From a virus (taxonomy: Duplodnaviria > Heunggongvirae > Uroviricota > Caudoviricetes), in the IMG/VR virus record IMGVR_UViG_3300029736_000004: a stretch of DNA of 64,000 nucleotides; one strand, 5' to 3'. The first letter of the stretch is position 1. Every line of letters begins with the position of its first letter. The translations under genes were made by a program, and so were the position numbers. This document shows, one piece after another, positions 59,120 through 64,000 of this stretch. The notes under the pieces are model-generated. The model saw only the letters and a program-made list of their open reading frames with translations. It made no database searches and was not told the DNA's origin.

Positions 59120-59302
59120 TTAAAGCCCCAGGTCCTTCATTATTTTCTTGCGTAGCGGTTCAGGCATTTCCTTTGAACCGTGGTCCGGGAAAACCGACCG
59201 CTTTCCGTTCAGGTTCACTTTCTGATGACTGCCGCCACCAGGCGCTTTCCTGAACTCTGCCCCTTGCTGGATTAACCAGCGTTTGAACTCTGAATACTTC
59301 AC
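59120..59302 (-). CDS. hicA: HicA-family toxin (mRNA interferase)
   Basis: MKYSEFKRWL...GSHQK...GKRSVFPDHGSKEMPEPLRKKIMKDLGL matches HicA. Confidence 0.8.
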   Translation of the reverse strand: MKYSEFKRWLIQQGAEFRKAPGGGSHQKVNLNGKRSVFPDHGSKEMPEPLRKKIMKDLGL

Positions 59303-59534
59303 AAGTTTCCTTATGCAATTTATCCATCATGGGCGATAAGAATAGTAACACAAAAGATATAAAACACAACAAAAATGTTTATAAACATAACTTCCTTGTT
59401 TGGTGGTTGCGTTTTTGGAAAAGCATTTCCGCATATGAAAAAACATCAGCATATGGTGAAAACAACGAAAAATTACTGATGAAATCACACACTGGATAAG
59501 CTGCCACGAAATCGGAAACCTTTTGCGGTGAATC

Positions 59535-61220
59535 ATGGCAACGAAAGACAAAAACAAGGGCTTTCTGTCGGCATTGAAGAAAGCCTTCAGCGGTGGTGAT
59601 GTTACGCCTGCCGATCCGGTCGTATTTGCGAGCGGGCATAGCGTCGTTGCTCGTTCTGGCCTGTCCGCCTTGCGTCCTGGCATCCTGGGGAGCAATAGCG
59701 ATGGCATGACAAGCGCGGCGGATACTGTATCTATATCGGCAGAATTACCGAGTGACCGCCTGCAAAAATACAACATACTGGAGACGATGGCGAAAAGTCC
59801 GACTATCTCCACAGCATTAAACATTCACATTGCGCATTCTCTGGCTCCATCAAAAAAAACAGGCCTCGCATTTATTCTCTCTCCGAAAAATGGGGCGGAT
59901 AAGGAGGCTGTAAGTCGATGTGAGGAATTGACCGCTGATTTAAGCTCAATGATTAATGATGGCCTGCCATCGTGGGCCATGATCATGGCTATTTTCGGTG
60001 TGTCGTATATCCGTCCATATGCAGAGCAAGGGAAGGGGATAACTGGAATTGAGTCGAGCTATTACACGCTCCCTCATTTCGTTCAGGAGTTTTATCGCGG
60101 TAGCCAACTTGTCGGATTCAGCGGTGATTATATTCTGGATACGCATACTTTGCGCAGAGTTATAACCGAACCGTGGAATCTGGTTTCCATGAAAAACCCG
60201 TACTGGATGCCTCAGCATAAAGTAATGCCAGTAACTTACGGCACTAACGGCTATTCCTTGCTTAGTGAACAGCAGGACAAGCCGTTAATGGAGACGCAGA
60301 ACTACGGTACGTCGTTTCTTGAATACAGTTATGAACCCTACCTGAATTTATGTGCCGCGCTTGCTGCGCTGAAAGCAACGCGAAACAACGCTGCAAAAAT
60401 TGATCGCCTGATTGCACTCACAACGAACACGATAGATCCGGTAAACGCGGCGAATTATACGCGCGGGGTCAGCCAGGCACTGAAGCGTCATAGCGACCTC
60501 GTAGCGCAACGGTCGATTAATTCTAATGCTCTCCCATCTGTACTTAACCATCTGATACCCGTCATGGGGGATGGGAAGAACGGGATCACCATTGATACGC
60601 AATCTATACCCGCAGATATCAGTGGTATCGAAGACGTTATGTTTCATCTCCGACAGCTCGCGGCAAGCCTCGGTATTGACGCAACAATGCTTGGCTGGGC
60701 TGATCAGATGAGTGGTGGACTTGGAGAAGGCGGTTGGCAGCAAACAGCTATCCAGGCCGCCTTACGCGCGAACTGGATCAGACAGGCCGCCCAGCGGACT
60801 ATTTATCGGCTTCATGACATTCACCTCGCTTATAAATACGGGAAGGTTTACACCGAAAAAAACCGTCCTTATGACGTGCAATTCAACTCAATGAACACAG
60901 CTATCCAGGAAGAGGAAAACCGAGAGCTGGATGCGCGCGCCAACTTCGTAGCTGTCATCTCGCAAATAATGGACCAGATCCAGAACAACCCGAAACTGGC
61001 GGGTAGCGACGCGTTTATGCGTTATCTGTTCACCGAACAGCTTCGTATCGACGATGACACTCTCAACGTAATGATCAAAGAGTTTAAGGCGAATGAATCA
61101 GAGCAAAACAACGAGCATGGTATGTACGAATCCGCGCCGTTGTCGTCCGGTGACGATCCGGAAAACTGGACGCAAGAACAATTAATCAACTTTGCAAAAT
61201 TTGTGATGAGCAATAATTAA
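59535..61220 (+). CDS. putative portal protein (assignment weak)
   Basis: 561 aa, precedes a protease/scaffold-like gene; no Walker motif. Confidence 0.3.
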   Translation: MATKDKNKGFLSALKKAFSGGDVTPADPVVFASGHSVVARSGLSALRPGILGSNSDGMTSAADTVSISAELPSDRLQKYNILETMAKSPTISTALNIHIAHSLAPSKKTGLAFILSPKNGADKEAVSRCEELTADLSSMINDGLPSWAMIMAIFGVSYIRPYAEQGKGITGIESSYYTLPHFVQEFYRGSQLVGFSGDYILDTHTLRRVITEPWNLVSMKNPYWMPQHKVMPVTYGTNGYSLLSEQQDKPLMETQNYGTSFLEYSYEPYLNLCAALAALKATRNNAAKIDRLIALTTNTIDPVNAANYTRGVSQALKRHSDLVAQRSINSNALPSVLNHLIPVMGDGKNGITIDTQSIPADISGIEDVMFHLRQLAASLGIDATMLGWADQMSGGLGEGGWQQTAIQAALRANWIRQAAQRTIYRLHDIHLAYKYGKVYTEKNRPYDVQFNSMNTAIQEEENRELDARANFVAVISQIMDQIQNNPKLAGSDAFMRYLFTEQLRIDDDTLNVMIKEFKANESEQNNEHGMYESAPLSSGDDPENWTQEQLINFAKFVMSNN

Positions 61221-61233
61221 CCGGAGGGAAATA

Positions 61234-62232
61234 ATGCAATCACTGAATACCGTTACGGATCGCTTCTCCCTGGTAGAGAAAATCCGCAAACACACACCTC
61301 AGAACAATCGCAATTACGTTATCCAGTCGGTACGAGACACATTCAACTCGCCAGAAACAAAAGAGCGTATCGCACTGGGTGAGATGTATGGTTATTACGG
61401 TCATGGTCGCCGGGCGATGCACTATAACAAAACGAAAAGCCTGGACTTGCCGGAAGTCTCTGTTGTGATGGTAGATGGGAAGCCTGTTGTATTGGAGAAC
61501 GTGCCGTCAAACAGGACTATCGACATTTCAATTGACGACAACGGCATTGTTACCCATACACAGGAAATACTGGATACGGACACCGGACGTATTGTTCAGG
61601 GTATGATTAATTCTGGCGCAGGTGGTTGGTCATGGGCTACATCTGGTCCAGATTACTCTGTATCCCTGGTAAAGTCTTTTCACGGTTTTGATTACGTAAC
61701 TGTGCCTAACTATATCAGCCTCGACAAGAAAAGCCTGATGCTTGAATCAGCAGAAGAACGCGACGCGGCGATTCATGCGGCACTTATCGAACAAGGTTTT
61801 ACCGATAATGCTGCTACGGATCTGGTTCACCACTTTTCAGCAATGAAGAGTCAGCAAGCCATATTCGAATCAGCACAACGTGAAGTTCTGGAGTCGGAAC
61901 TGATACATCTTGAAGTGGAAAATATGCAGCTTCGCGACAAACTACGCGACCAGGCCGCGATGATGGAAAGCCAGGGGGAGAACGCGAAGAAATGCCGCCG
62001 TATTTTGCGTGATGCTATCCAGGAAATGCCTGTTTTTATCAGCGCAGAACAGCGCCGGGCGCTCTGCCGTATGCAGTCAGAGGATGATGCACGCATTGTC
62101 GCAGCGATGCTTGAATCCCTGGGGGCTAATGCCACTTATGGTCTGCCAATATCAGCCAATAAACAACAAGAAATACCGGTGAAAGAGAACAAGACGGTGA
62201 CTCCGCTGATCTTTGTGTCTAAGAGGATGTGA
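61234..62232 (+). CDS. putative head maturation/scaffold protein (assignment weak)
   Basis: 332 aa with coiled-coil C-terminus; GGAGGG RBS. Confidence 0.3.
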   Translation: MQSLNTVTDRFSLVEKIRKHTPQNNRNYVIQSVRDTFNSPETKERIALGEMYGYYGHGRRAMHYNKTKSLDLPEVSVVMVDGKPVVLENVPSNRTIDISIDDNGIVTHTQEILDTDTGRIVQGMINSGAGGWSWATSGPDYSVSLVKSFHGFDYVTVPNYISLDKKSLMLESAEERDAAIHAALIEQGFTDNAATDLVHHFSAMKSQQAIFESAQREVLESELIHLEVENMQLRDKLRDQAAMMESQGENAKKCRRILRDAIQEMPVFISAEQRRALCRMQSEDDARIVAAMLESLGANATYGLPISANKQQEIPVKENKTVTPLIFVSKRM

Positions 62233-62248
62233 GCTAAAAGATAGCTTA

Positions 62249-62262
62249 ATTTTCTAACACAG
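62249..62262. promoter_or_regulatory. operator-like half-site (site F)
   Basis: ATTTTCTAACACAG, followed by a short palindrome ACAGTGT-N8-ACACTGT. Confidence 0.4.
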
Positions 62263-62348
62263 TGTGTTTTTATACACTGTTGATCCGACGGCGCGTGATC
62301 GAGTAGGATCGCGGTCACTGCTCCGGTAGCGACTGCCAAAAAAGCAAA

Positions 62349-62370
62349 AGCCGCTGAGAAGCGGCTTTTG
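62349..62370 (+). terminator. intrinsic terminator
   Basis: AGCCGCT-GAGA-AGCGGCT followed by TTTTG. Confidence 0.5.
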
Positions 62371-62430
62371 GGTGTATAAATCTCCGGACATAGATTTATA
62401 CGGTAGATAGATTTTTCACGGTACTATCTG

Positions 62431-63390
62431 GTGAGTATTTTAAATTCAGTTTCAGTAACTTTCAACACTTCTGAGTATAAAAACAACACTGAATACCACA
62501 AAAAAATCAAAGGTCATCAGTTGAGTTTTTTTGCTCGTCATAGCGGTTTTCTTTCCCCTTCACATAGCGCCATTATTGCCGAGTTCGCCAACCTGGCAGG
62601 AGCTACCGATGAATACATGATCCGTCGCTCATATGCTGATATGTCCGAGATTACAGGACGCAGTATTTCTACTGTGCGCCGGGCATTTACCGAAGCGACG
62701 AAGTGCGGAATGCTTGTTAAGCAGCATCAGGTAGCGAATAACAATGCTCAGGTGTGTAACGTGTACCGGTTTACAACACAATTTCTCCACTTCATTCATG
62801 TAGCAATGGAGATAGGGAGTAAGCAGGGCATCAAATTTGCCAACGCCACAAAACTGGTTAAGCAGTTGATTTCAAAGGTTCGTTATTTTTTTGAAACTGG
62901 GAACCCCCTGTTCAAATTGAACAAGTCCCCCCATGTTCAAAATGAACAGCCAATAGAAAATAAGAGTCACTCTATAGCCAAAAGAAGAGAAAGATCATGC
63001 GCGGTTCAGCCAAAGGCTTCACCAGCAGATAGTTCTCAAGCGGATAATGGCTTGCTGGATAAAAAAACAGTAATCAGGGAAGAACATACCAACCACTGCC
63101 TGGCGGCAGCAAAAGCGAGAGCTGCAAAGCGTCGTTCAGACGAGGGGTACGCAAAACGGCAGGCTCTGTATCGTACCGCTGAAAAACTGGCAAAAAAATT
63201 TGCATGGTTACGTAGTGCTACCACAGTGAATAAGCCCAAACGATCCAGCGCCCTGGATTTCTCTATGGATTATTCTGCTTCCCAGGGATGTGCAACCATC
63301 AATGAAGCATTTGACCTGATGAAACAGCGTGGCTATCGGTCTGAATTTGACCGGGAAGACTGGTCAATTCCGGAGGGCTTTCGGGGATGA
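62431..63390 (+). CDS. HTH-containing protein, possibly RepL-like lytic replication initiator
   Basis: EITGRSISTVRRAFTEATKCGML HTH; preceded by 10-bp inverted repeat GTATAAATCT/AGATTTATAC (62376-62403); start uncertain. Confidence 0.3.
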   Translation: MSILNSVSVTFNTSEYKNNTEYHKKIKGHQLSFFARHSGFLSPSHSAIIAEFANLAGATDEYMIRRSYADMSEITGRSISTVRRAFTEATKCGMLVKQHQVANNNAQVCNVYRFTTQFLHFIHVAMEIGSKQGIKFANATKLVKQLISKVRYFFETGNPLFKLNKSPHVQNEQPIENKSHSIAKRRERSCAVQPKASPADSSQADNGLLDKKTVIREEHTNHCLAAAKARAAKRRSDEGYAKRQALYRTAEKLAKKFAWLRSATTVNKPKRSSALDFSMDYSASQGCATINEAFDLMKQRGYRSEFDREDWSIPEGFRG

Positions 63391-63448
63391 TGTTGCGATT
63401 GACTGTACAATAACCGTGCGGCGGGAATTTCATCGCTCGAAAATGTAT

Positions 63449-63546
63449 GTTAGAAAATTAAATTGATGTTTCTAATCAAGAATGTATGATTTATATCGTC
63501 ACTAAAAAACAGCATCTGATAAAAATTCTGTTGATCTTTCTAATGT
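63449..63546. promoter_or_regulatory. operator-like motifs (site G) upstream of the second immI-like module
   Basis: TGTTAGAAAATT-9 bp-TTTCTAATCA and TTTCTAATG at 63538. Confidence 0.5.
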
Positions 63547-63679
63547 TCAGGCTTATATTCATGCCGTCGTAGCAAATTCTGCGACCGGGTTTAGCAGCCT
63601 GAATGTTAGTGCGGACAACCGCAGATATCCGATATTGCGGTATTTTTGTGTCCGTAAAACCGCGTTACGCCCAAATTAT

Positions 63680-63745
63680 GGTGGGGCGTGATGGGGAGGC
63701 TTCGGCCTGCTGGTTTCACTAACGCCAGTCTGCTAACCCCGTCAC
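63680..63745 (+). ncRNA. second c4-like antisense RNA (approximate bounds)
   Basis: CACTAAC and CTGCTAA complementary to GTTAGTG and TTAGCAG found at 63591-63611 and over the icd RBS at 63760-63798; GGC-TTCG-GCC tetraloop hairpin. Confidence 0.4.
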
Positions 63746-63806
63746 GTCCTGCCACCTGTTTAGCAGCGGGTAGCAGGTTGTTAAACCTGTTAGTGAGGCC
63801 GTAACT

Positions 63807-64000
63807 ATGGTTAATGCCAATCCTTGCTCACGTCCAGAATTCATCTGGCGTTTTCACTCCCTGCAAAAACACTGCGATCACTTCGCAATTGCCGCAACTG
63901 AAAAAGAAGCCCGTTCTCTGATCCCGGATCAGTATGGCGTTCTCACTGGTCGTTTCTCTACTTCCCCACAACCAAACACCAATCCCTGGTATCGCAATAT
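63807..64000 (+). CDS. icd: second Icd-like protein (3-prime partial at window end)
   Basis: MVNANPCSRPEFIWRFHSLQKH... shares the EFIWRF core with the first Icd-like protein; GAGG RBS. Confidence 0.55.
   Translation, partial: MVNANPCSRPEFIWRFHSLQKHCDHFAIAATEKEARSLIPDQYGVLTGRFSTSPQPNTNPWYRN

Noticed and set aside
1-64000. Integrase, attachment site or IS element marking a chromosomal prophage boundary
   Set aside because: No tyrosine/serine recombinase or transposase-like ORF seen; replication and partition modules indicate an episomal element, although sequence outside the window could still encode an integrase.

Overview
This 64-kb window reads as a segment of an enterobacterial temperate phage-plasmid with P1-like organisation (contractile-tail myovirus genes interleaved with plasmid maintenance modules), strongly mosaic. 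No integrase, tRNA, rRNA, CRISPR array or IS element was found. All calls rest on reading the translated ORFs and the DNA by eye; no database search or computation was run. Main contents in order: (1) 1-12.8 kb, a long minus-strand accessory operon with tandem Ead/Ea22-like genes joined by a conserved translational-coupling junction, a lambda-type Ser/Thr phosphatase, a ClpX-type zinc-finger protein and a DUF4406-like protein; (2) 12.9-15.6 kb, a Ref-like HNH protein and an immI-type module (c4-like antisense RNA, icd, ant), with a second distinct c4/icd module starting at 63.6 kb; (3) 15.6-24.5 kb, cargo of unknown function, HigBA, and a baseplate-spike gene block; (4) 24.5-27.1 kb, an rdgC / C5-like methyltransferase / Dam methyltransferase operon; (5) 27.2-30.0 kb, two partition systems (ParA/ParG-like type Ib and ParM/ParR type II with 11-bp-phased parC repeats); (6) PAAR protein and Rz/Rz1 spanins; (7) 32.8-39.9 kb, head-like protein, tail sheath, tail tube; (8) 39.9-41.3 kb, an iteron-flanked RepA replicon with origin-like features; (9) 42.2-52.9 kb, tape measure, baseplate, a 1049-aa tail fibre and its assembly protein; (10) 53.4-58.5 kb, a holin/antiholin plus Dar-like operon; (11) HicAB, portal-like and protease-like genes, and a RepL-like HTH protein. 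A palindromic operator-like motif (TGTTAGAAAAT ... ATTTTCTAACA) recurs in at least seven intergenic regions, suggesting a C1-like master repressor regulon. The most notable observations are the two c4-type antisense switches with different recognition sequences, this dispersed operator network, the stacked maintenance modules, and several unannotatable cargo operons.
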